Shown here in pieces: positions 38,331 to 53,470 of a stretch of 64,000 bases of DNA (position 1 is its first letter; every line of letters starts with the position of its first letter). The DNA lies in the NCBI GenBank assembly GCA_965287045.1, contig OZ336872.1, forward strand, positions 48,856,001-48,920,000, written 5' to 3'. Below the pieces are notes generated by a model, which was given only the letters and a program-made list of their open reading frames with translations, was not told the origin of the DNA and searched no databases. The stretch comes from Carcharhinus amblyrhynchos. Taxonomy: Eukaryota. Position numbers and translations under genes: made by a program.

Positions 38331-39776
38331 TTCTTAAATAAAGTGCAATAAAATGTGCAAAAGAAATTTGATTCTGGGCTGAAAAGTTAACATCTGAAGA
38401 TAAATTAATAGAATGTTGACTGTATTGACTTGCTTATGAAAAGTAATCATGCCTAGCTTTATATTAATTTAGAAAGAACTCCTGTTTATCAATTCTGAAG
38501 GGTAATGGGATTGCTGTTGACTACTAATTATATGAAGCAGATGGTCCAAGAAGATTTGTCCACCTGAATTGCTATTTGGTATACCTTGCAGGAAAATTAA
38601 AAATGAATCCCCTGAGTTGGCAAACAGATGTAGGACTTGTGACTAATGATCAAGAAGTATTCTGTAATACGACTAACCTCTTAGCACGCCAAAGGTCTAT
38701 CTCTGTAATTTCCATCAGATGGTGATGTGTAGCAATAAAAGGAGCAGGTTGCACAAGCTTTAGGAATATATCCACAAATTGTTCAATTCGTCTATTGTAC
38801 TCCAGGTAATACTTGCTACCAATGAAATTACATAATTTTTCCAGAAATTTCTAGTTCTCTTAATGCCTTAGCTTGTATCCTCGTGGTTTATTTCTTTAGT
38901 CTCTTGGTAAGTGGCCTATTCATTTTGAAAATTTCATCAGAGAGAAGAGAGAAATTCAGTGACAATCTTTAGCCTGAATGTAATCAGTTGTTAGATGTTC
39001 AATTATGTGCCTGTTGACTCTTCTCTGTTCTCCGTGCTGTTAGTCAAGTAGGGATGTGGTCACAGGGAATCAGAAACTAAACTGCTCAAGAAGCTGTAAG
39101 CATGAGAACAGACATTTTAAAAAACACATGGAAATAAACTCCTGCTCAGATGCTATTTGTATATCATCTTTTGCATATCTCTGATTACCTTGGTTTATGC
39201 TAATGCAATATTATTTGAATGTTTCCAATGGAAGCTGGCTAAAAATGGCACACCAACTAAAGCAAGCAATCTCTGTCACTGCATCTTCAAAGACTGCAAA
39301 ATAATTTATTGTTGTTTAAATATAACCTGACAATTGCCGCTATCGCCGCGGGAGATTAATAGCTCTGAAAATACAAAGAGCATAAATGTCACAATTTGTT
39401 GCTAAGTATAGTTGGTCCATTGACACATCTGTGTTTGTGATTGGCCATCTTCAGCCCTGCTGATGCACCTGAATGAACACAGCATTCAGTATTTTGTGCT
39501 GTAGCAGTCTATTTGAGGAGATCCTCTATAGATAATGTGAAAACTTCTAACCATTTTGAAAGTGGATTCTTGCTGTGTTCTTGGATGGGGTGTATAACCC
39601 TGAGTGAGAGGGGTAAGTGCATCATTTTGTACTTCCACCTTGAAAATGTGTTTTTCTCTTTGCACCAAAGTGGAAGTATAGATGTAAGAGGATTACTTTT
39701 GGTATTGGTATGCTGCTTAGTGCTTATCAAGGCAAATGTACTTCTACTGGCAGGCAGTCTCAAAATCAGGATAATG

Positions 39777-40708
39777 GGCAGAATTTTACGAGAATGATTG
39801 ATGATATCCAGCCTGTGTGAAAATGGGAGAGTTCCTGAACCCTTTTTTTTGGATGTGAAAACTCACCTAATCTTAACTACTTAGTCTACATGAATTTTTC
39901 AATGACTGTAGTTCTGGCAGGCAGTGGGCTGGGCTTAATTCACCAGTAAGAAGTCTCACAACACCAGGTTAAAGTCCAACAGGTTTATTTGGTAGCAACG
40001 CCACATCTTAATCCACCAGCCAGCCTGTAGAGGGAGCTACTACATATGTGATGCTGATGCTGCACATGCAAAATTTCAGCAGCAGGGATTTGACAGAGAA
40101 CGCTGTCAGGCTCCTGCTGCTGGAGCCAGCATGAACTGCTCCCCCTCCCCCTTGCAATTGTGGGAGCCCGCAACCCATCATGAGCCCATAACACATAGGC
40201 ATCTAGTCCCCGCAACCCAGACTGATCATGGTTTTTCTCCCCCAACCCAAAATCCAATCACCTGCAGAGCAGCAGCACAACCCCCCGCCACTACTCTCCC
40301 ACCAATCCAATCACATTTGCAGAATCACAGTGACTCCCCCTTGCCCTTGGCCTCCGCTGAGCGGGGAGGGGTGGAGTGAAGGGTGTCAGTGCCCACCGGT
40401 GAGGCCACACAACTGCTCCCTTTCATGGGGAGCGGGTGTTTCTCTTGCCAGAGCGAATCTCTCCCAGCAAGGCTAAAAACACAAGTGAGCTCAGACAGCT
40501 GAACGCCGGGCTCACTAAACACATAAATAAACATTCAAATAAATTATTCAGCATTTCGCCCATTTCCGGCAAGAGGTTGACCTCGCCAGAAATTCAGCTT
40601 TCATAAAATCGTGAGAGCCAAGAAATCAGGCATGGTCCTGACTTCCCAGCTCCTGCACGATTTTACAGCTTACTTGATGGGCAGGGTGAGCTGGTAAAAT
40701 TCCACCAA
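39777..40708. mobile_element. GC-rich MITE with a nested ~55 bp Penelope-type terminal fragment (39945-40003)
   Basis: TIR-like ends GGGCAGAATTTTAC ... GGTAAAATTCCACC; internal AGTAAGAAGTCTCACAACACCAGGTTAAAGTCCAACAGGTTTATTTGG. Confidence 0.65.
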
Positions 40709-41379
40709 ATGTGTCTGTATCCTAATCAGGTACTTTTCCAAACATTTGGATTATGTGACCGATTTGGCCTCTCATGGCCTTTTGAATGAGATCACTGCAT
40801 CAGTACCAGTTTAGTGGGGTGACCTCACACCCATAAGGAACTGGGTAGAGATTGCTCAAACCCGTGTTATCTTGGGAAACCTTCCAGCCAGTGGCACGGG
40901 CATACATTTGGGCTCAACTCTGATCCTAGAGGCTGCACTGAGTGTGCTATTTAACTAGTGTCCCAGTTTATGTTCTGGATGACATAACTGAAAGTTCAAC
41001 TGCTGATGCAATCCATCCATAATGAAAATAAAACACCAAACGTGTCTTCCTAGCTGAATTTGAAGGCTTAACATAGGACTCTTAATTTTTCAAGGGAAAA
41101 AAATGTGCCACTATATACTATTAAATTTTTTTTTTTGGCAACCACGCTAGTTTGTATTTTGCCTTCAAAGCAATTCAATTCTGTTTAATAGGGGATGGTT
41201 ACTTTAATTTAGCCCTTGTACTCACATTGGGAACAATATAATTCACATCATCCACCTTTTTATAGGCAATATCAAACCTCTCACATCTCAATGTGTTGAA
41301 CACAAAATTAAAATTGACAAATGCATTGAAGCTATTTAACTTAAAAATTAGTGAAAAGAGTAAAAAGTTATTCTGGTAA

Positions 41380-41602
41380 GATTAGATGGAGGGGGTTCAT
41401 GTGAATTATGAATACTAGCATGGATAAGTTGGGCTGAATGGCCTGCTTCTGGGTTGTGGATTCTGTGATTGGCCTTGCTAAATTGCCCCTTAGTGTCCAG
41501 GGGTTTAGCAGGGTAAATACATGGGGTTACAGGGATAGGGTGGGATTGTTGTCAATGCATGTTCGATGGGCCGAATGGGCTCCTGCGCTGTAGGGATCCT
41601 AT
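41380..41602 (+). mobile_element. CR1 3' tail followed by a truncated HE1 SINE
   Basis: TTGGGCTGAATGGCCTGCTTCTG, then ATTGGCCTTGCTAAATTGCCCCTTAGTGTCC...GATGGGCCGAATGG. Confidence 0.75.
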
Positions 41603-43020
41603 AATTCAGGCTGAGACGCCAACAATGAGGCAATGGAAAGCAGGGATGTGCTGCAGATGAACCAGTTGGATATCTGTCTTTCAATGCAGACATGTTCCTG
41701 CATGTTTGGTTTTGAGATTCTGTCTTTTCAATGGAACTGATATGATGTCATGCATAGTTTCACAGGTTGCATGGTTAAAGAACACCCCCTTCAGGAATAT
41801 ACGATCAATCCAAATAAACAGCTTTTTTAATTACCTTAGTGAAGCAGCTGAGACACGAATTATAGGCTGAACTGAGAGATGTTGGAACATCTGATGTGAA
41901 TATTTCCTTTGACAGTTACAAATCCTCAGGAAATCATGACAATTCTTTTCCTTTCAAAGCCTATTTCTGCATATGACAGTGACAGCAAAACTTGTGTTTG
42001 AAAACTGCAAGGTTTCTGAATCTAAAATTGCACCAATTTAATTGAAGTCAAAATCTATTTACATAACCTTTTTTGCAATCCTGTATAACTTCATTAGATC
42101 TTGTCTCTTGACTAAGATTGCGGCAGAAAAGGAGCAAAATTCAATTCCAAAACTCGAAGGAGAAAAAAAAGTTCTCTGGATTTAAATTGCAGCTTTTAGG
42201 GAAGCCTATAAACTGTAATGGAAATACACTTTACCACATTCTTGCAACTTAAGCACACTAAGAGTAGTGGTGCAAAGAGCAATACAAGCATTGTGGGCCT
42301 CTTAAATTGGGCTGTTGTTCATCTAATCAGACATACTATATATAGTTTTATGACAGTTTAAATCATCCTATAGTTTTGTTGCCTGCAATGGGCCAGAGCT
42401 TCAATTAACTATCAAAGGCATTTCAACAGAATTCCCCCAACCCCCTCCGTATTCTTGAGCTGGAATTGGGGCTCACATGCACGTTTTTGAGGCCTTGGAC
42501 TTTTTAGAATTGGGAAAGGTTTTTGGAAAGGGGGAGCTTTGATTTACTTTCTCAAAGAAAGGTAACTAGTTGAAGCCTAAACTAACAAAATGTTATCTGC
42601 TAACTTGCCAGCAAGTTTTTTTTGCACGACTTTTGCAAAGCAGTGATGAAAATATAAGGAATGTGAAAAAATAAGTTGTCGAAATATTTACAACAGATCT
42701 AGCTGAGAAACCTCTAGCTATTGGCAGTTAAGTAATTAGGATTGTCTTGTAATTGCTCCAATTTTAGTATTGCATTGAAGACAAATCAAAGAACACATCC
42801 ATGATACTATGTGAACAGAGGCACAAACATTAAATAAGAAAAAACACATGTTTCAAATGCATTGTAATAAAGCTCCTGTTCGGCCCCAGTATGTTGTAGC
42901 AATGCTGTCGTCTGCAAACAGAGCAATGCACTGGTACCCAATTTCATAGAACAGTGGATCTATTTCACTAGTAACCAAATGGCATTCAGGCCGACACTAC
43001 TGAAAGACTTAGAGTCGTCA

Positions 43021-43890
43021 TCATAGAGGCTTACAGCATTGAAAGGGTCCTTCGGCCCAACTTGTTCATGCCAGCCCTTTTTTTTTAAAACCCTAAACTA
43101 ATCCCAGTTGTCTACATTTAGCCCATATCCCTCTATATCCATCTTACCCATGTAACTATCTAAATGCTTTTTAAAAGATAAAATTGTACCTGCCTCTACT
43201 ACTACCTCTGGCAGCTTGTTTCAGACACTTACCACCCTGTATGTGAAACAGTTGCTCCTCTGGACCCTTTTGTATCTCTCACCTTAAACCTATGCCCTCT
43301 AGCTTTAGACTCCCCTATCTTTGAGAAAAGGTATTGATTATCTAGCTGCTCTGTGCCCCTCATTGTTTTGTGGACCTCTATAAGATCAGCTTTTAGGGTG
43401 ACACGGTAGCATAGTGGTTAGCACTGCTGCTTCACAGTGCTAGGGTCTTGGGTTCGATTCCCGGCTTGGGTTGTTGTCTGTGTGGAGCTTGCACATTCTC
43501 TTCGTGTCTGCAAAGGTTTCCTCTGGGTGCTCCAGTTTCCTCCCACAGTCCAAAAATGTGTGGGTTAGGTTGATTGGTCATGCTAAAATTGCCCCTTAGT
43601 GTCCTGAGATGCATAGGTTAGAGGGATTAGTGGGTAAAATATGTAGGGATATGGGAGTAGGGCCTGGGTGGGTTTGTGGGCGGTGCAGACCTGATGGGCC
43701 GAATGGCCTCTTTCTGTACTGTAGGGTTTCTATGATCACTCTGCAGCCTTCTACACTCCAGGGGGAGAAAAGTCCTAGTCTGTCCAGCCTATTCTTATAA
43801 CTCAAACCATCAAGCCCCGGTATCATCCTGGTAAATCTTTTCTGCACTCTTTCTGGTTTAATATCCTTTCTATAATAGGGTGACCAGAAC
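43021..43890 (-). mobile_element. CR1 LINE 3' fragment interrupted by an HE1 SINE
   Basis: Minus-strand VQKRFTRMIPGLDGLSYKNRLDRLGLFS; CR1 3' tail at 43021. Confidence 0.9.
43396..43735 (+). mobile_element. HE1-type V-SINE nested in CR1
   Basis: Complete head, V core and tail. Confidence 0.92.
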
Positions 43891-44593
43891 TTACAAAGCA
43901 GTCAGTAGGCAACTGATCAGAAATATACAGAGTTCTGGTTAGTTGCCTACAGACTGCTTTTTTTCTCTGAACCAGTTATAGTGTTGACCAGTAACATGCC
44001 ACTGTCAGCTTTTCAGAAAACAGAAATATCTATTTCCAGCATTTACTCCCATTTTGTAAAAACTGGTAACATTTATGTGGTTGTGTGTAGGCAGAGAATT
44101 TCATTACCTTAAAGTGAATGCACTATACAGCAGTCCTACTGAGCTAATAATATTTCCACAGTCCCAACCCTGTCTTTTAATGAACTCCCAGATTCGCACC
44201 CAAATTAGGACTGGGAGCCAAAATCAGGGAAATCGCAGGTGCTTTGTCCCATTTGGCAAAGGCTTAGTGTAAAGTTTACCAATCTGTTCGGCAAGTTTTC
44301 TTTAACTTCAGGAAAATCGACCCTCCGTTTTTGTCAGAAAAGGTCATGTCGCTTCTAACTATGATGAACATAACCTGTGAATTTTGGCACTTGGTGACGT
44401 CAGACTGTTCAGTCAGTGTCACTGTTGGAGTCGGAGTCCATCAGGTATGAGCCCTTGGAACTGGAAGCATAATGACAGGAGGTGAGCATTTAGTCTCTTG
44501 AGCCTGATTCTTCATGGCTGGTCTATGATCTAACTCCATATGCCTATCTTTTATCCCATTTCCTTGTGAATAGATTTGGTTCCCTTATCTAAA

Positions 44594-45089
44594 AAAAGAT
44601 ATAGTGGCACTGGAGGTAGTCCAGAGAAGGTTCACCAGGTTGATCCTGGATATGGAGAGATTTTCTTATGAGGACAGGTTGAGTAGGTTGGGCCTGTACT
44701 TGAGTTTAGAAGAGTGAGAGGTGCCCTTATTGAGACAGAGGATTCTCGGGGTGGGGGGGGGAGCTTGACAGGGTAGATGCTGAGAGGTTGTTTCCCCTTT
44801 TTGGGAGAGTCTGGGAACAGAGGGCATAATCTGAGAGTAGGGGGTCACCTTTTTAAGACAGAGGTGAGGGGGAATTTCTTCTTTCAGGGAATAGTGAATC
44901 TGTGGAATTCTTTACTGCAGAGGCTGAGTCATTACTTATGTTCAAAACTGAGATAGACAGACTGCTAATCAGTAAGGAATCAGATTATTGTGGGTAAGGC
45001 AGGAAAGTGGATGAGTCATGATCTTGTTGAAGGCAGAGCAGATCCAATGGGCTGAATGGCCTATTTCCACTCCTGTGTCTTATGGTCTT
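44594..45089 (+). mobile_element. CR1 LINE 3' fragment
   Basis: KDIVALEVVQRRFTRLI, SYEDRLSRLGLY and VNLWNSL; tail ATGGGCTGAATGGCCTATTTCCACTCCTGTGTCTTATGGTCTT. Confidence 0.9.
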
Positions 45090-45857
45090 CATACCCTGTT
45101 GGGTCACCATGAGTCGCTGGCTAGAAACAGAAATAGGAGCCACGTCTAACTTCCTCTCCCCCCGACCCCACCCGGACCAATTATAAACTACTGTCAGAAC
45201 AGTTAATTTGGTTCAGGGATCAATTGCAAAATATAATGCTTGCATATGGCTAAACCTGCTGCGGTATCCCTGGAAACAAAAAGGTTGAGCAAGCAGTCCA
45301 GTCATTTGCTGGTAGTTGACATAGTGTATATTGTAACTCTTACATAAATGTACCACAATATTGGTTTTTAATTGCCATGCTGTATATTTTAATGGCTAAT
45401 TATCAGATGGTTTTCCTTTTGGACTGTGTATATACAAGTGAGATTGTTGGTGAGTATTCTTAAGGATGAAATCATTTTAAACGGATAGTATCTAAATCAC
45501 TGAGAAGTTCTCATTGTCTTCTTGCATCTTGTTGGTACAATGTCAGTACAGTCATTACTCACTATGATGATAATCTCATTGTGCATAACTACCAGCATAG
45601 ACCTGTTGGGCTGAATGGTCTGTTCCTGTTATAAAATACTACATAACATAGAAAACACTTTGTATAGAAATAGATCCAGCTTCAGTTAAGGTTGCTTGAG
45701 AACAAACAATACTGTTTGTATCAAACTGCTGAAGGCATTGAATCAAATGTTATAACAGACTCCTAAAGTCACAGTTGTTTGACTCATTGCTCATTTAGGA
45801 CAATACTTGAAAGGCAAGCAGATGAATTCAGAAAGTTTCAACCCAATCACTGAAAGA

Positions 45858-46016
45858 TATGCGGGGTAGGTTGTATGGCCTTGCTAAATTGACCCGTGTC
45901 ATGAGGATTAGCAGGGTAAATGTGTGGGGTTATGAGAATAGGGCCTGGGTGGGATTGTGGTCAGTACAAACTCAATGGGCTAAATGGCCTCCTTCTGCAT
46001 TGTAGGGATTCTATGA
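45858..46016 (+). mobile_element. Truncated HE1 SINE
   Basis: GGCCTTGCTAAATTG...GGCCTCCTTCTGCATTGTAGGGATTCTATGA. Confidence 0.8.
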
Positions 46017-46802
46017 TAAAATCATAACTGACCATAATGTTGTGCAAAATTAAACTGATTTCCAACTGAGTTTCTTTGAGCCCTGGATACTGAAAGGTAC
46101 AGTCCTACTTGATTGCATTTTTAAAGCTTTACTCTCCGGTTTGGGTTGTCAAAAAAGATATGAGAGCTTTCCTGATTGCTAAAATTCTGCCCTTTTAGGA
46201 TTAGGTCACCTTTCCTCTTTTCATTCAGATGTATATGTTTGAACACTACTTAAACTATTGTTTTTACACTGAGTAGTAATGGAGAACCATTTTGAATGCG
46301 CAAAATAATGGTTCATTGCCAATATGTCCTTGACATATATTTATACAATCATTTTTTATTTTTGTGAGGCCGCTTTCTATCTATCTTGTCCCTCTAACAC
46401 ATAAAACAAACCTTTACAGACATGGCTGCACTAACACTGATTTACATTAACAAATGGTTGGTATATTTGTGTGGATATGGAGAAGTGTATATGGTTTGCT
46501 GCTACAAGCTTGGTCAAGAAATAACACAACCTAATGTATTCAACATGCTCATATGATTTGAAGAAACAATGGTAATGAGGCCTACAATTAGCTAAACAAA
46601 AGGTCAGTGTTTACAGTAAGGAGTACCATCTTTGGGTCCAATCACTAAAGCTCATGTTACAATGTTGTTTCACCTAGGAGGGCTTTTAGGCTTTCCTTTA
46701 GGAAATGTCCAAGTCATTTGTTGCCTGATGTTGAAAACAAATAAGCAAAGCCCTTAGAGTGGCTGAAATAATCGCCACTTCCAAAACACATCTTAACATT
46801 TA

Positions 46803-47332
46803 GGTATCAGCTGTGGCTTAGTTGGTTTCATACTCACCAGAGTCAGAAGATTCAAGCCCCGCTCCTAATACCTGAGCACAAAAGTGGTGCTGACATCTGA
46901 GCAGTGCTGAAGTAAATGTTGCATTGGAGGTGCTATCTTTAATATGAAATTTAGGCCCTGTCTACCTTCTCTAATAGATGCAAAAAGTCCCAAAGCACTG
47001 GGAGTCTTTTGCTGATGACCTGGCTGATGTATCCCTCAACCAACAAGCTTAAAACAGTTTTTGGGTGGGATTTTATGGCCTCATTCGTCCACAAACTGTA
47101 AAATCTCACCCAAGGTCAATGGACCTTTCCATGGTCTATCCCTTGCCTGCTCTGATGCCCATGGTATGTGGGGCAGTAAAATTCTGGCCATTATCTAGTA
47201 ATTATCACATTGCTATTAGGAAACCTACTGTAGAGAAGTTTACTGTCACATTTTCTGCACGTCTTTGGCTATAAAGCACTTTGGTGACTGTGCTGAAAGC
47301 ATGAAAAGTGCGATATAAATGCGAGTCTTTAA
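46803..47332 (+). mobile_element. Full-length Deu-domain SINE with a nested ~125 bp MITE (47063-47189)
   Basis: Head TCAGCTGTGGCTTAGTTGG...TTCAAGCCCCGCTCC, Deu domain (ATCCCTCAACCAAC...ATTATCACATTGCT) and tail GATATAAATGCGAGTCTTT. MITE ends GGGTGGGATTTTAT ... GTAAAATTCTGGCC. Confidence 0.8.
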
Positions 47333-47411
47333 CTTGTCAGTTGTCCCCAATGTTTGTTCATGGGTCTAAGTTTTCTCATTAAAGAAACTGCAGAAGAAAA
47401 TAGCCAACAGA

Positions 47412-47765
47412 AAAGAAAAACTTGCATTTATGCAGTCCTTTCCCTGACCACCAGAAATCTAAGTGCTTTATCATAAGTGAAGCCTTGTTGAATCATAAGA
47501 TGGGATTTTACAGCCTCGCTTAGTCTGAAACCAAAAAAATCTTTCCTGAGATCAACGGACCACGATTCGCCTCTTGCCTGCTCCAATTCCCATGGCAAAC
47601 AGGCCAGTAAAATTCCGGCCGCAGTTTCTGTTGTAATGTAGGAAGCACAGCAGGCAGCCTGCGCACAGCAAGCTCCCACTAACAGCAATGTGATAATGAC
47701 CAGGCAGTCTGTTTTTTGTGATGTTGATGGGGTTGGGACATTGGGTAACTCCCTATTTTTCTTCA
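47412..47765 (-). mobile_element. Deu-domain SINE 3' part with a nested ~125 bp MITE (47497-47620)
   Basis: ACTTGCATTTAT tail; GCGCACAGCAAGCTCCCACTAACAGCAATGTGATAATGACCAG Deu domain in reverse complement. MITE ends TGGGATTTTAC ... GTAAAATTCCGGCC. Confidence 0.8.
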
Positions 47766-48889
47766 CTGGATAAACGACTTCTAAAAACAAAAGAAAATCA
47801 ACGTGAACAGTCGACTTGCATGTTGATTTAAACGCTGTTCCCCATTGAATTGACAATATCTTTGTGAAAGGTGCACAGTGTGCCTGAACAGTACATGCAG
47901 TTTATACCAAAGAACCCCACTTGTGAGAAGTCACATATTTCCAGGATAATTGGTCTGATAATAAATGGGCCGCACGCTCAACCTAATTCCAAGCTTGCCA
48001 ATTAGAGTTTTTGTTGTGAAGTGCGATCTGCTGTTTGCAAATCAAATGTGAATAGCATCATTATGATAATAGTTTCCAAAGTGGGAATTAGGACTGCACT
48101 GTTCGTACAGTCATTTCCGTTTCAAAGGCCCCAGGGCTACGGTAAAGCAGATGCAATAATGCAGAACGCAGTTACAAAAGAAGATTACCTGTTCCAAAAA
48201 GGAAAATAGTCTCCAACTGGAGTGGAAAAACACAACCAGAAGGAGCTGAAGTGACATTCATCATAGGAGATTGCTGGGTAACAAATGCCAAACCAATTCA
48301 ATGTTCAGGTTATTGTTTTGTCAGGATGTGTGCAGAATGCTGACATTTGATGGAGATTATTTTTTATTTTTAAAGATGCATTGTCCAACTTTAACTGGGA
48401 TTGCATATTTCTGTTTTGGTTTCCCTATTTTGGTGATGGATTTCATTTAGGTTCAGAGATGCTTCCAATTTGACACAATACATTATTTAAATTGTCACTA
48501 TGGATCTCACAGTATTTTGTAGCAACTGGAGTGAGTTCCTTGTTGTATTTTAAGGTACTTTGGACTGAATTTTGCAGTATAAATAAGGCTGAGGCAAATC
48601 GTCATCGTTATTTGCATGGAAATCAGATAGTACCGTCCAGCAAAGACAGGCAGTTGAATATGTAAATCAGGAAGATGCTGTCTTGAGATGTCTGAATCCT
48701 TCAGAAGCTGCTTCATGTGATTCACCACTGAAATATCTGTGCAAAGGTCTTGTCCTGACCTTAGATACTGTCCTTATCTTGAGTTCAATCCTTACCTCAT
48801 AGACAAACAAGACTTGCCAGAAAAAGTTGCCATTTTTCTAAAGCAGTATCAGTACCCCTTTTAATGGTAATATGTCTTGACTACAGCAC

Positions 48890-49480
48890 AACAACCACAT
48901 GCGTTTAAAGACACAACATAAATATAAAACATACTGAAGAGCTTCACTGAAACATTTTAATCAACATTTGACACTGAACCACATAAGAAGTGTGAGGGCT
49001 GATGACCAAAAGCTTGACAAGGGAAGATTTTAAGGAATGCCTTCATGGTGGAAAGAGGATTAGCAACTGGGGAGAGATTCCTGAGCTTGAAGCCTTGACC
49101 GCTAACGGCAGAAAAAATGGAACAATAAGGCCAAAGAAGTATTTGAAAAGAAGAATGCGAGTTTTAAGTTCAAAGTGTTGCTTAACCATGAGCTAATGAA
49201 AATGAGCACACACTGGTGTGATGGATAAATGGGATTTGGTGTGAGTAACGACACAGGCAGTAGAGTTTTTGTTCACTTCCACTTTGTGGAGGGTAGGATG
49301 TGTGAGCACTGGAATAGTCAATTCTAGAGGTGACACAGGCATGGATGAGAGTTTCAGCAACAGATAAGTTGAGGGCAAATGTTTACGGGCGGTCTTGATG
49401 ATTTGTGGTTAGAAATTCAGTTTGGAGTTCAATGTGACAGCAAGGTTGCAAACCATTTTGTTCAGCCTCACTATTGCCTG
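48890..49480 (-). mobile_element. L2 LINE 3' fragment
   Basis: Minus-strand VTSRIDYS and NSTACVVTHTKSHLSITPVCAHFH*L, equivalent to L2 QNSAARxLTxTxxxxxITPVLxxLHWL. Confidence 0.8.
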
Positions 49481-49510
49481 GGAGGGGGAGGGGGAGGGAA
49501 TGAAGTTTAT

Positions 49511-49655
49511 GGGTGGGATTTTCCAGCCCTGGCACCAGTGGACATTGTAGATGAGATGGGAAAATTTGGAGAGGTGTTGACTTTTAATGACTCTCCATAT
49601 TTTTATGTCCCACCATGAGGATGCTCACCAGTGTTGGGGACGGATAATCCCACCC
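49511..49655. mobile_element. Short MITE
   Basis: TIRs GGGTGGGATTTTCC and GGATAATCCCACCC. Confidence 0.75.
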
Positions 49656-50239
49656 AACAACTTTGCTCTTCCTAGTTCAGACTCTGTGCTGCTACATCAA
49701 CATCTCTTTGACCTTATTAGTTAAGGAGAGGCAAAGATGCTTGGCCTGTTCGTGCAGGCACTTGTGGCCCTGTTGAAGCCATATGTTTTTTGGTTGTTCA
49801 GCAAATGGGGACAGGGAAAACAATTTACCACTGACCGCAACATTTGGTGCATGAATGGATTTTAAGTTTTCTGTTTGCGCTCATGGCAATGGTTTGTTAC
49901 ACATTTTTAAGTTTGCATACCTCACATGATAAAATTGATTCAGTGCAGCTTCTGCACTTCAAAGTTGAACACTCTCATGTGAGGTCATTAAAATTCTTTG
50001 CAGCAGTCCAACACAATATTTTAAAAAGTAAATTTGACTACTATTGAGAAATAGAAATAGATGGCAAGTAATTTCAACAGAAATGGTGATTCCACCAAAT
50101 GTTCTCTCAGTTGACCATTTTGTAGGCTGTGAACATTTTGATATTCTTATCATTTCTAGTTTCACTGTTGAGTGTCAACTTGCACAGTTGTCCCACGAAC
50201 AGCTGGCTAGTTTTAGGTATTGTCTGAGGCCTAACTCTT

Positions 50240-50520
50240 GGCCCAGGCACTGAGAACTCCCCTGACTCCTAGTGCCACAATTTTATGTCTGTCTCAGAAG
50301 GAAACCTGGATCCTTGCCTCCAGAAAAGATAGCATTTTCCAGAGTGCAGCACTCCCTCAGCCGTGGACTGCAAGACCCTTGTAGGTGATGTTCAGATCTT
50401 TAAAACGGGACTGGACCTCATGACTCTTTTGACTCAGGGGATGACCAGCCTCCATTTTGTACTCCGCTCCTGGAGTGAGACTTCTTGATTTGGAGGCAAG
50501 AATGCTGCCAGTTGAATCAA
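50240..50520 (-). mobile_element. Old Deu-domain SINE fragment
   Basis: AGTGCAGCACTCCCTCAG is the reverse complement of CTGAGGGAGTGCTGCACT; tRNA-like head remnants follow. Confidence 0.6.
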
Positions 50521-51070
50521 AGCTTCCATCAGTGAGGCAAAAATGTTGAAATTGAGATTCAGTCACCTTGGGCTACTCTTGCATGCTGCCACGCAACTGT
50601 GCAATTATTAGATGCCTGGAAACTGAGTGAGCATTTTCTCTCTTGAGAGAGGGGAATGCCACAGGGGTGAGGGAGAATTCTGAAAAGGAAGATGGAAATA
50701 ACTAAATATTGGTGATCAAATTTAACTTGAGCATTCATGTTTGTGAGCAAAATAATCAAATAAATAAGGAAAAATGTAATTTTAGTTCCTATATATTTTG
50801 TGAATTAATATAAAATGTAGATAATCAAAGTTTCCTTGGCTATTATCTAGAATGATCAATGTTCTACTTCTAAGTATTATCAATATTTAATGTGATAAGT
50901 GGATTGATTCAATGCACAGAAATCATACCTTTTTATACCATTTCTAAAATGGGATAAATATTTTGAATGACTTTTTGTAAGTCCCAGCTACCTGTCCACA
51001 ATGTATTGTCTTACTTACAATCCATTACATACAGTTAAGCTGTAGAATTTATATCCTGCCCTCTTTAAAG

Positions 51071-51093
51071 GTTTCTTTCTTATCTTCTTGCAG
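51071..51093 (+). other. LRRN1: 3' splice acceptor of the LRRN1 coding exon (exon would begin at 51094)
   Basis: Polypyrimidine tract gtttctttcttatcttcttg followed by CAG, 229 nt upstream of the ATG. A weaker alternative AG ends at 51070. Confidence 0.75.
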
Positions 51094-51103
51094 ATGCTGC
51101 TAG

Positions 51104-53470
<2,367 letters not shown>

